Source of the DNA: Piromyces finnis finn
Lineage: Eukaryota > Fungi > Neocallimastigomycota
Length of the DNA stretch: 64,000 nucleotides
NCBI GenBank assembly: GCA_002104945.1
Contig: MCFH01000029.1
Location: 1 to 64,000, forward strand
Direction: 5' to 3'
Positions within the stretch are counted from its first letter, which is position 1; each line of letters opens with the position of its first letter. Both the position numbers and the translations under genes were made by a program. Below, piece by piece: positions 1-9,329 of this stretch. The notes beneath the pieces were generated by a model, which did not search any database, was not told the origin of the DNA, and saw nothing but the letters and a program-made list of their open reading frames with translations.

Positions 1-1162
1 AATTATTAATTCTAGTGTTTATCCAAGTGTTCTTTAGAAATTCTTCTAAACTTATTAAATTAAATAATACTAATTGAGTAATTATTACTAAAATGATAAA
101 TTAAACCTGGAAATAGAACAATAATAACAATTCAAAGATAAAATACAGAACTCTTTTATGTTTCTGTATAAAATGAGTGTTTATAATAATTGATACTTTT
201 AATATTTTAATTTTTTAATTTTATTTTAATTTATTTTAATTTTATTTTAATATTATTTTAATTTTAAATTTTAATTATTTTATTCAAGGTATTATACATT
301 TAATGATAGTCAATGATAATTTATAATAATTTTTCTAAATTTAAACATTTTGAAGTAATAAGAAAATCAAATAAGTAATATTCTATATATTTTATAATAC
401 TAAGACATAATTTTAATTTATTCTTTTAATTTTAATAAATAATAAACTCTATATTATTATGATGAAACAATAAATTTAAAATAAAATAAAAATATGTTTT
501 ATAATTAACAAATAAATCACTCAAAACTCGAAAATAAACTCTTAAATCTTTATTATATTTTATAATTTATTTATTATCTATTTATTGTTTTTTTTTATTC
601 TCTTATTTATTGTACGCCCTTTATAAAGAAGAATTTTATCTTCCTTTTATACATTTTCATTTATTACATGTATTATTATTTTTAACTATTAAATGTTATT
701 ATTACTATTGTTATTATTTATTAAAATTAAAAGAATAAATTAAAATTATGTCTTAGTATTATAAAATATTATAGAATATTACTTATTTGATTTTCTTATT
801 ACTTCAAAATGTTTAAATTTAGAAAAATTATTATAAATTATCATTGACTATCATTAAATGTATAATACCTTGAATAAAATAATTAAAATTTAAAATTAAA
901 ATAATATTAAAATAAAATTAAAATAAAATTAAAATAAAAATTTAACAAAATTAAAATATTAAAAGTATCAATTATTATAAACACTCATTTATACAGAAAC
1001 ATAAAAGAGTTCTGTATTTTATCTTTGGAATTGTTATTATTGTTCTATTTCCAGGTTTTAAGTTTATCATTTTAGTAATAATTACTCAATTAGTTATTTA
1101 TTAATTTATAAGTTTAAGAGAATTTCTAAAGAACACTTGGATAAACACTAGAATTAATAATT
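1..1162. repeat. Long inverted repeat (foldback): arms ~1-445 and ~711-1162, ~265-bp spacer
   Basis: 1-42 (aattattaattctagtgtttatccaagtgttctttagaaatt) is the reverse complement of 1121-1162. The match continues with small indels to ~445/711. The left terminus may lie outside the window. Confidence 0.9.
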
Positions 1163-1504
1163 TGATGTATACCATTTTATTTTTAGTTTATTTATTCATT
1201 TTTATTTATTTATTATTATTTTATTATTTTAGTACATTATTGGATTAAGTCGTTTTATTTTATTTAATAATTTATTTTATTTAATAATTTATTTTATTAT
1301 TATCACTATTAGGTCGTTTTTACTCAGAATTTATTATATAATAAAGATAATATTATTTATTTAAAGAAAGGGTTATATTTTCATAAAATTATTATTCATT
1401 CATCTTTAAGGGTTATTATTGTTTATTTTTATTATAAGTTACTATGGGTTAAGTCGTGTTTATTAAGCTAGTTTTTATCATGTTTTTATGTGAGTAGCGT
1501 ATCA
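1163..1504 (-). mobile_element. 3' LTR of Ty3/Gypsy element 1 (342 bp)
   Basis: TGAT...ATCA termini. It directly abuts a purine-rich tract on the minus strand and lies 47 bp past the pol stop. No partner LTR is present in the window, so the 1163 boundary rests on the TG terminus and the end of the foldback arm. Confidence 0.7.
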
Positions 1505-1520
1505 AAATCCCCCACTTGAG
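1505..1520 (-). promoter_or_regulatory. Polypurine tract of element 1
   Basis: Minus strand reads CTCAAGTGGGGGATTT immediately before the LTR TGATA. Confidence 0.7.
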
Positions 1521-1551
1521 TTTGGACTTCGTCCCTGGAAGTCTCATTGTG

Positions 1552-4500
1552 CTAAGTATGATAATGAACTAAATTCTTTTGATGAACATTTCTTTCAGCT
1601 ATTGCACCACTAATAGGGTCACATAATGTAGCAGTATTAAATTCCATTTTAATAATACGGAAAGGTCCCATGAAAAATGGATCTAACTTTCTTCTTGAAA
1701 AATTTCTAACAAGTACTAAATCACCGGCTGAAAATGCAGTATTCATTGAAGCTTTTTGTTTTCTTCTATTTTCCCATAATTTATTAGCATTCTGAATATT
1801 TTTGGTAACTTCAATAATCCATTCCCAATGTGTAGTAAATTTATTTATTAAATATTCTTCTGGAGTTTCATATTCATTTTTATTATTATATTCTATCATA
1901 AGTTCAAATGGTTGAAGGTCAGTACGACCATATAATAATTCAAAGCTAGAAAATTTTGTTACTTCATTTTTACAAGTACGTAGAGCCCATAAAGCCGATG
2001 GAAGAACTTCGTCCCATTCTTTATTTGAGTCTCCTAATAGTCGAATATTTTTAACAATTTCTCTGTTACGATTTTCTACTTGTCCATTTGTTTCTGGATG
2101 ATAAGTGCTAGAATATTGAACATATATACCATATAAATCAAGAAAGCCTTTAGTAGCATCAGAAGTAAATTGTGAACCATTATCAGTAATTAATATTTCT
2201 GGAGTACCATGTCTAGAAAATACATTTGTAAGAAATTTTATAACATCCGTAGATTCAATTGATTTTAGAGGTTCAGCTTCAACCCATTTGGTAAAATTGG
2301 TAAAATAGTCTACAAGTACTATTATATATTTATTATTATTTTTAGTTATTGGTAGTGGTCCAATAATATCTAAACCAACTCTAGTGAATGGTAGACCTGG
2401 CTTTGTAGCAAATGATTCAGTACCACTATTAATAGGTTGAGGTCTCTTTAATTGACAATCATGACAAGTTTTTACAAGTAGTTCTACATCTTTAGCCATA
2501 TTTTTCCAATAATAACTTTTCTTCAGTCTATTATAAGTTTTATAAAATCCTTCATGACCTATTGAATGCGCAGCTAATAGTAATTCTATTTTCTCTTCTT
2601 TATCTTCAACAACTTTTCTGATATTGTCTCCATCTTTATAATATTTTATTCCATTTATTAAGATAATTTTCTTTTTAAGAAATTCTTTAATTTTATTACT
2701 TCCTGGATATTCATTTGAATTATTTTCACTAGTATCAATAGATGTGTCAGTTACAAGAACCGCTTCTGAGTCAGTATCATTATCTAATAATTCTTCTTTT
2801 CCATTTTCAGATGGGACTGAGGATGTTTTTATTTTATTTTCTATATTAAAATAATTATTTTTATCAATATTAAAAATATTAGATGGATCATATGAATGAA
2901 TATTATTATGATTATTATGGATGTTAGAATTATTATAACTAGTTGTAATATTTTCATTTAATTTAGGAAAATCATTTTTATTTATATCTATTTTATTATT
3001 TAAGTTGCGAGTATCATTTAAGACATTGATATCACTATTCATTACTTCATTATAAACAATATCATTATCATATTCAGATAATTCATTTATTTCATTATTT
3101 TTAAAATAATTATTATTCTTGCTTTTATCAATATCATTTTTAAAATTTATATTTATATTTTTACTTCCATGTGAATTATTATTAGTAGAGATATAATTAT
3201 TTAAATCAACATTATTAAGTTTAGAATATTTAATTGAATTTACACTTTCATTAACACAAGAATTTTTATTTAAGTCAATATTTTTATCAATATAAGGATT
3301 AATATTGTTATTTTTATTTATTTCATTATCATTAATACATGAATTATTAAAATTACAAGAATAAACTATATTTTCATTATTTTTAGAGTAAAAATCTTTA
3401 TTTGAATTTAAAATATTATTTTTAGTAGTTTCACCATCATTATTATTAAAGGTAGCTAGTGAAATTTTTATATCATTTTTATTGTCTGGTATTAGTCTAG
3501 ATAATGCATCAGCGACTACATTTTTCTTTCCTTGTTCATATTTGACTTTTACCTTGAGCATACTAAGTGTAGTAACCCAGCGTGTTTGACGAGCATTATT
3601 TGGTTCTTTATTATTAAATAAGCCAACTAAAGGTTTATGGTCAGTATATAATATCGTTTCTTCTTTATTCCCACTTATATAAGATTTAAATTTCTTACAA
3701 CAATAAAAAGCTGCGGTTCCTTCTAAGTCAGTTATACTATAATTAATTTCACTATCATTTAAAGACCTACTAACATAATGAATTGGATATTCAACATTAT
3801 TTTCATCTTTTTGAAGTAATACACCACCAATACCATTAAGTGATGCATCAGTTCTTATAATAAAATTTTTATCATAGTCAGGATATTTTAAAATAGGAGA
3901 CTTAATCAGTCTTTCTTTTAGTATTTGGAAACTTTCTTCAGTTTCAGATGTCCATTCAAATTTCATACCCTTTTTTAATAATTTATATAATGGATGAGCA
4001 ATTTGGGCAAAATCTTTTATAAACTTCCTGTAATATCCTATAGCTCCTAAAAATGATCTTAGCTGTGTAAGGTTTGTTGGTGACTTCCAATTTTTAATAG
4101 TTTCAATTTTCTTTTCAACTGGTTTGACACCTTCTACTGATAGAATATGACCAAGGACCTCTACTTCTTGTTTTAAGAAATGACATTTAGAAAGATTTGC
4201 TTTTATACCATTTTCTTTTATTATATTAAAAACCTTTTGAAGATCTAATATATGTTGTTCAAGACTTGGAGAAAATACTAAAAGGTCATCCATATAAACA
4301 AATAAACATTTTCCAATAAGTGGTAGAAATATATGGTTCATTTCTCTTTGAAAGGTTGCTGGAGCATTACATAAACCAAAAGGCATTACTTTGTAATTAT
4401 AATTTCCAAATATTGTTGTAAAACATGTTTTATCAATATCTTCTTTTTTCATTGGTATTTGATGAAAACCAGAGAATAAATCTAATGTAGATAAATATTT

Positions 4501-6222
4501 TACATTATTACCAATAGAAAATAATATTTCTTCGATGTATGGAAGTGGATATGAATCTTTTATTATTATAGAATTTAATTTTCTATAATCTACACACATC
4601 CTCCATTTTCCATTCTTTTTTGGTACTAATAAAACTGGAGAAGACCAAGATGATTGTGATGGTTCTATTAAATCATTCTTTAAAAGCTTTCCTATTTCTT
4701 CTTTTAGAATTTCCATATGTTCTTTATTAGAAATACGATACATTTTCTGTTTAATAGGATCATCTTGATTTAATTTAATTTCATGAGCTAATAATTTTGA
4801 TTTACCCAAATCATCAGTATCATTAGCTAAAACATCTATATTAGTTATTAAAAGATTCTTCAGTTGGTCTTTTGCTTCTTTTTGTGTTTCATCAACTATT
4901 TTATTAATAAGTTGTAATTTAGAATCACTAGTAGTTTTAATTTCTAAATCTTGATATTTATCATTCTGACTAGTTAAGTAATATATTAATGCATCTTGAT
5001 TAATTTCTTCATCAAATTCTTCTATTAAATTAGTTTGATTCATTTCATTAATACTTTCAAAAGATCCAATTTTGTGAATATCATCAGTTTTCTGATATAA
5101 AGTATGATCAGAAAAGTCCATAATTAATTTCATATTAGCTAAAGTTTCTACACCAATTAAGACCTGGAATATATCTTCTTTTTCAATAAGTCTAAATATT
5201 TCTTTAGATGTTATATTACCAATAGTAATTTCAATTTCATATAGATGCGACTCAATAGTAGTATTGGAATAAGCTTGATATAAAGTTTCTCTAATTTTTG
5301 AAACTGGTTTTAATGGAATATTATTTTCTAATAAGAATCTTCTAGTAATCATATTTATAGATGAACAAGAGTCCAAATATACAGTAGTTTCTATTCCTTC
5401 TATTTTACATTTTGATTTCACGACTTTATCTTTTCTTATGGTAGAAAGAATTGTAGATTCATCTTCAATAATTTTAGTAAATTTTAGTGCTTTTGAAAGT
5501 TCCGTTTTCAATTTAGGACTAATTTCGAGTAGTTGGCCTATTGTTATATTTGCAAATTTTTCACCTATATCTTTAGTTATATTATATTTTTCTTGATCTG
5601 CTGAAATAACTAATCTTTTTGTTCCTTTTTCATTTGATACATTTTTTTCCTTTTGACTCGGAAGTTCAATCTCTTTTGCTAGTTCAATTATTTCCTTTTC
5701 TCGTTCTTTTTTATTATTTCGTTTAGCTTTATCTATAGTGGGTTGATTAATGAATGAAGGATCTAATTGTTTTAATGCTTCTGTTGAATTAGTGTTATTA
5801 TTAATATTATTATCATTAATGTTATTATCTATTTTATTACTTTCATTATTATTTATATTAGTGTCATTATTCATACTCATATTATTATTAATATTATTAT
5901 TATAATTATTATTAAGATTATTATTATTATTATTATTATTATCATTTTCAATTACAGTCTCCATTTCTACTTCATTATTTGGAACGTCAATTATATCTTC
6001 ATAAATATTATTTAATGGTTCTCTAGTCTCATTACTTGGAACTCTAATTGGTTGTGGATTATCACTTAATTTTTCTTTGGTAGTTCTTTTATATGGTTTA
6101 ATATCAGTATTCTTTTTAGCTTTTCTTATTACTGGAATAGTAATTTCTTCATTTACTGGTACTGATATTGTAGCAAAAGTAGTATTGGTTTGATTTATGG
6201 GAGTATTCCTTCTCCCACTCAT
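1552..6222 (-). CDS. pol: Ty3/Gypsy Pol (PR-RT-RNaseH-IN) of element 1, expressed by -1 frameshift from gag
   Basis: PR-like YLDSCS; RT motifs WSSPVLLVPKK, YRKLN, LDLFSGFHQI, YMDDLL; RNase H RTDAS and YTDHKPL; integrase HHCC, GLDIIGP, TDNGSQF, GQVENRN and a GPF module. Ty3/Gypsy domain order; no chromodomain visible. Confidence 0.97.
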   Translation of the reverse strand: MSGRRNTPINQTNTTFATISVPVNEEITIPVIRKAKKNTDIKPYKRTTKEKLSDNPQPIRVPSNETREPLNNIYEDIIDVPNNEVEMETVIENDNNNNNNNNLNNNYNNNINNNMSMNNDTNINNNESNKIDNNINDNNINNNTNSTEALKQLDPSFINQPTIDKAKRNNKKEREKEIIELAKEIELPSQKEKNVSNEKGTKRLVISADQEKYNITKDIGEKFANITIGQLLEISPKLKTELSKALKFTKIIEDESTILSTIRKDKVVKSKCKIEGIETTVYLDSCSSINMITRRFLLENNIPLKPVSKIRETLYQAYSNTTIESHLYEIEITIGNITSKEIFRLIEKEDIFQVLIGVETLANMKLIMDFSDHTLYQKTDDIHKIGSFESINEMNQTNLIEEFDEEINQDALIYYLTSQNDKYQDLEIKTTSDSKLQLINKIVDETQKEAKDQLKNLLITNIDVLANDTDDLGKSKLLAHEIKLNQDDPIKQKMYRISNKEHMEILKEEIGKLLKNDLIEPSQSSWSSPVLLVPKKNGKWRMCVDYRKLNSIIIKDSYPLPYIEEILFSIGNNVKYLSTLDLFSGFHQIPMKKEDIDKTCFTTIFGNYNYKVMPFGLCNAPATFQREMNHIFLPLIGKCLFVYMDDLLVFSPSLEQHILDLQKVFNIIKENGIKANLSKCHFLKQEVEVLGHILSVEGVKPVEKKIETIKNWKSPTNLTQLRSFLGAIGYYRKFIKDFAQIAHPLYKLLKKGMKFEWTSETEESFQILKERLIKSPILKYPDYDKNFIIRTDASLNGIGGVLLQKDENNVEYPIHYVSRSLNDSEINYSITDLEGTAAFYCCKKFKSYISGNKEETILYTDHKPLVGLFNNKEPNNARQTRWVTTLSMLKVKVKYEQGKKNVVADALSRLIPDNKNDIKISLATFNNNDGETTKNNILNSNKDFYSKNNENIVYSCNFNNSCINDNEINKNNNINPYIDKNIDLNKNSCVNESVNSIKYSKLNNVDLNNYISTNNNSHGSKNININFKNDIDKSKNNNYFKNNEINELSEYDNDIVYNEVMNSDINVLNDTRNLNNKIDINKNDFPKLNENITTSYNNSNIHNNHNNIHSYDPSNIFNIDKNNYFNIENKIKTSSVPSENGKEELLDNDTDSEAVLVTDTSIDTSENNSNEYPGSNKIKEFLKKKIILINGIKYYKDGDNIRKVVEDKEEKIELLLAAHSIGHEGFYKTYNRLKKSYYWKNMAKDVELLVKTCHDCQLKRPQPINSGTESFATKPGLPFTRVGLDIIGPLPITKNNNKYIIVLVDYFTNFTKWVEAEPLKSIESTDVIKFLTNVFSRHGTPEILITDNGSQFTSDATKGFLDLYGIYVQYSSTYHPETNGQVENRNREIVKNIRLLGDSNKEWDEVLPSALWALRTCKNEVTKFSSFELLYGRTDLQPFELMIEYNNKNEYETPEEYLINKFTTHWEWIIEVTKNIQNANKLWENRRKQKASMNTAFSAGDLVLVRNFSRRKLDPFFMGPFRIIKMEFNTATLCDPISGAIAERNVHQKNLVHYHT

Positions 6223-6231
6223 AAGTTTAAA
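6198..6231 (-). promoter_or_regulatory. -1 ribosomal frameshift signal of element 1
   Basis: In-phase heptamer U UUA AAC (6231-6225), 7-nt spacer, stem UGGGAG/CUCCCA with 8-nt loop. A -1 shift enters the pol frame. Confidence 0.8.
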
Positions 6232-6605
6232 TGATTTTGATTAGAGTTTATAAGGCCTTGTTTTTCCATTTCTGCAAGTTCTTGGAACGTATATTTGCAA
6301 TCTTGCATTTTGTGGCCTACTTGTTGACATCTGAAGCATTTATTTCTTTAAGACTGGTTAAACATATTCACTTGACTTTGAGGTGTGGTTTGATTAACTT
6401 TATTAGTAGTAGTATTCATTTTATTAGCATTATTAGAATAATTATTAGAATTTTGATATGATTTATTTTCTTCCATATTGGAATAATTATTGTTACTAAA
6501 TGTATTAGAATTATTAGGGTATTTATTATAACCATTATTATATGCATTTTGATCACCTTGATAGTTATTATAATTATTATTATAATTATTATAATTATTA
6601 GTATT
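6219..6605 (-). pseudogene. gag: 3' part of element 1 gag (Asn-rich, CCHC knuckle), disrupted
   Basis: Encodes CFRCQQVGHKMQDC and ends HLNL*. In-frame TAA at 6348-6350. The frame continues at 14172-14221 once the 6606-14166 insertion and one GTATT copy are removed. Confidence 0.85.
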
Positions 6606-7027
6606 TGTAACGTGTATCTATATAAAAATTTACTAATATATGAATTAATAAAATTTATATAGAAAAATATTATTTATTTCCCTATAGGTTGATATAATTT
6701 GTTTAATTTTATTAGAAAATTGTTTTATTATTAATTATTTTTATTTTTAAAAATTAAAGTTACAAGTTAATAAAAACACACCATTTAATTTTTTGATTCA
6801 AACCACTTCTATTTATACTTTTTCTAAATCTGAAGTGGCTAAATAAAAAATTCAATTTTCTTTCGAAATTATTCTTTAAATTAATTAAAAATTACATAAA
6901 ATGAATCCCGTGATAAAAATACAATAAATATTTAATTTTTCGAATATTCGAACTTATTCTTTTTTCGAATAAGTTCTATAAGTTTCTATAAGTCATAAAT
7001 TAAATTGTTAAATAAATAATTTAAAAT

Positions 7028-7106
7028 AAAATTTAGATCAGGGTGTGAGTCGAACCCGAGTGATCTATATTGATGTCTTAAATACTAACCATTAAGACAA
7101 TATTAA
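7028..7106 (-). promoter_or_regulatory. Pol III type-2 promoter-like unit (A box + B box) inside LTR A
   Basis: A box TGTCTTAATGG (7099-7089, one mismatch to TRGYNNARYGG) and B box GGTTCGACTC (7056-7047). Their starts are 43 nt apart, as in the tRNA-Thr gene, and TTTT follows. No cloverleaf. Confidence 0.6.
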
Positions 7107-7121
7107 TTATCTAATAGATTC

Positions 7122-7980
7122 TGTTAAGGAATGAACATAAATAGTTGAATTAGCTAGAATTTTAGGAATTAACCTTCAACTATTTATATTCCTTACTAGT
7201 GTTTAACTCTATTTTTAAAATATAAAAATTATAATATATAATTTTTATACATTTTTCTAGTAATTATTCATATTTTTATTATATAGTTATATTATTTGTA
7301 TATAGTTATTTAAGACCTTTATTATTAGTATTAGTATAATTACTTATAATATTTTATACTTATAAATTTTACAAAATTTTATTATTAAAATAGTTATAGG
7401 AATTTTATTATTATTTAAGGTTTATTTTATTAATTAACTTTATTGTATAATATTTTATAATTTGAAATTATGACATAGAATTTAATTATAATTTTTACTA
7501 AAAGAGGCAACTGTTACACACAAAACAGAAGATACCTCGACAGAAAAATTATTATTTATGTCTAAAAAAGGGCATAATTAATTGAATAATATAATTTTAT
7601 TATATGTCATAATTAAATATATAATATATGATATGCAAAAATGTTACACATATCATAAATTAAAATTTTATTAATTATAAATTAAAAATTTTTCTATTCA
7701 AATATTAAGAGATTATTCATAATATATATTAAGGATTTAATTAATATATGTTACAGTGAATGATCCATATATTATGAATGAAATCAATTTAAATCCTTAG
7801 CTATCCAAAACCATTAAATTTCAAATAATGGATAGTTGGAAAAAGTACGAGGATTTTTGAGAAAATTTTTAAAAAATTGAAAAATCAAAAATAAATTAAA
7901 TGAATAAAAATTAAAATTAAATAAATTTTTATTTTTATAACTATTCAAGTGTTTTGTGATATCTTATTTGAACCGTAGCA
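7122..7980 (+). repeat. 5' LTR of element 2
   Basis: TGTTAAGG...CCGTAGCA; matches 13298-14156 (one substitution noticed by eye). Confidence 0.95.
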
Positions 7981-7987
7981 TAATTAA

Positions 7988-8005
7988 TGGTGGAGATATC
8001 GGGGA
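7988..8005 (+). promoter_or_regulatory. Primer binding site, tRNA-Ala type
   Basis: TGGTGGAGATATCGGGGA is complementary to a typical eukaryotic tRNA-Ala 3' end (...ATCTCCACCA). It lies 7 nt after the LTR. Confidence 0.75.
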
Positions 8006-8396
8006 TAATAATAACATATTGATATCACACTACATTTTTATAGTTACTTTTATAATTGTTTTTGTATTATTATTTAATTAAAATAGTTAATAATTCAAAA
8101 GAGGGTTATACTAGTATAATAAAAAGTTATATACTTCAAGGCACAAATTAAAATAGTTAATAGAGAGAAATTAATATTGTTAATTGGTGCAGTTAAGGAA
8201 GTATTTTATATTGGTATTACTAGTTTAACTAAAGAGAATAATTATTAGTGTTGTTAATTAAATATATTTCAAATATTGTTGTAATTCATTCTTTTAAATT
8301 CTTATAAAAGAAAATTATTTTTTTTTAAACTTGTTTCATTCTTTAATATTATTGTAAAATTGTATTTTTATCTTTATTTAAAACTTGTATATAAAA

Positions 8397-9305
8397 ATGA
8401 GTACGGGAGCTGATAAATCTATTGACTTTGCTAAATTAATGAAGGAATTAACGCATGTCACTAGATTAACCGAAGATAATTTGGACATTAAGACTTGGTA
8501 TAGTCAATTAAAGTATTGGACTATGCTTCAAGATGTTAAAAGTCCAAAAATGGTGTTTCTAGCTTGTTTGTTTACTACTACAGGAACACCAAATGAACTT
8601 ATTCAAGAGTTGAATCCTAATAAGGACTTCGAAAGTGATGAAGACAGTGAAGATAGTGATGAAGAAGATGAAGGTAGAGGAAAGAGAAGAGCTCACTACC
8701 CTTCCCTTAAAAAGATAGTCACTATGTTAGAAGAATTTTATGGAGTAAAGGAAGATCAAATAGAACTTCTCAAGGAGCTTAGGGATATGCGAATCAAAAA
8801 GAATGAAAAAGTAAAAGACTTCAACATAAGGTACCGTTCCTTGTATGTCAAACTAGACAAGAAGCGTAGAAGGAAAGTAGATGTTGAAGATTACTTAGAT
8901 TCCATTGAGCCTAACTATAAAGCCTGGGAAAATGTGCGTAGGGAAAAAGAAGTTACCTTAGCAGAAGCCTACAAGCTTGCCGAAGATGGGGACAGACTAA
9001 ATTTAAGAAATCGTCATAAAGCTAACAATTATGATGTATCCACCTCTTCTAACTCTGATAAAAGATATAAAAATAAATATGAAAGAAAAGAAGATAGCTA
9101 TGAAAGGAACAAGAAGCCAACAATAGCGAATTATGGTAATGATAAGAAAGATCCTATGAATGAGTTGACGGAGAAAATGAGAAACTTAACTATCAAAACT
9201 TGCTACTTTTGCAACGAGAAGGGACACTTTCAATATCATTGTCCTAAGCTGAGTGCCATAGTAGAAGAAAACAAACAAAAGGCCAGAAAAGGTCATTTAA
9301 ATTAG
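8397..9305 (+). CDS. gag: Gag of element 2 with C-terminal CCHC zinc knuckle
   Basis: First ATG at 8397 (the ORF track opens at TTG 8385). Contains CYFCNEKGHFQYHC and ends GHLN*. Confidence 0.92.
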   Translation: MSTGADKSIDFAKLMKELTHVTRLTEDNLDIKTWYSQLKYWTMLQDVKSPKMVFLACLFTTTGTPNELIQELNPNKDFESDEDSEDSDEEDEGRGKRRAHYPSLKKIVTMLEEFYGVKEDQIELLKELRDMRIKKNEKVKDFNIRYRSLYVKLDKKRRRKVDVEDYLDSIEPNYKAWENVRREKEVTLAEAYKLAEDGDRLNLRNRHKANNYDVSTSSNSDKRYKNKYERKEDSYERNKKPTIANYGNDKKDPMNELTEKMRNLTIKTCYFCNEKGHFQYHCPKLSAIVEENKQKARKGHLN

Positions 9306-9329
9306 ATAGTGGGAGAAGAAGCACTCCCA
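9296..9329 (+). promoter_or_regulatory. -1 ribosomal frameshift signal of element 2
   Basis: In-phase U UUA AAU (9296-9302), 7-nt spacer, UGGGAG/CUCCCA stem (9310-9315/9324-9329) with 8-nt loop. The -1 frame is open through to the 9755 ATG. Confidence 0.85.

Noticed and set aside
6606-6764. 159-bp TGTAAC...GTTACA mini-element
   Set aside because: No TSD. The GTTACA at 14161-14166 gives a longer inverted match, a perfect GTATT TSD and restores gag.
7030-7106. tRNA gene or pseudogene
   Set aside because: A and B boxes are present, but the acceptor and T stems do not pair and there is no anticodon arm. Kept only as a promoter-like unit.
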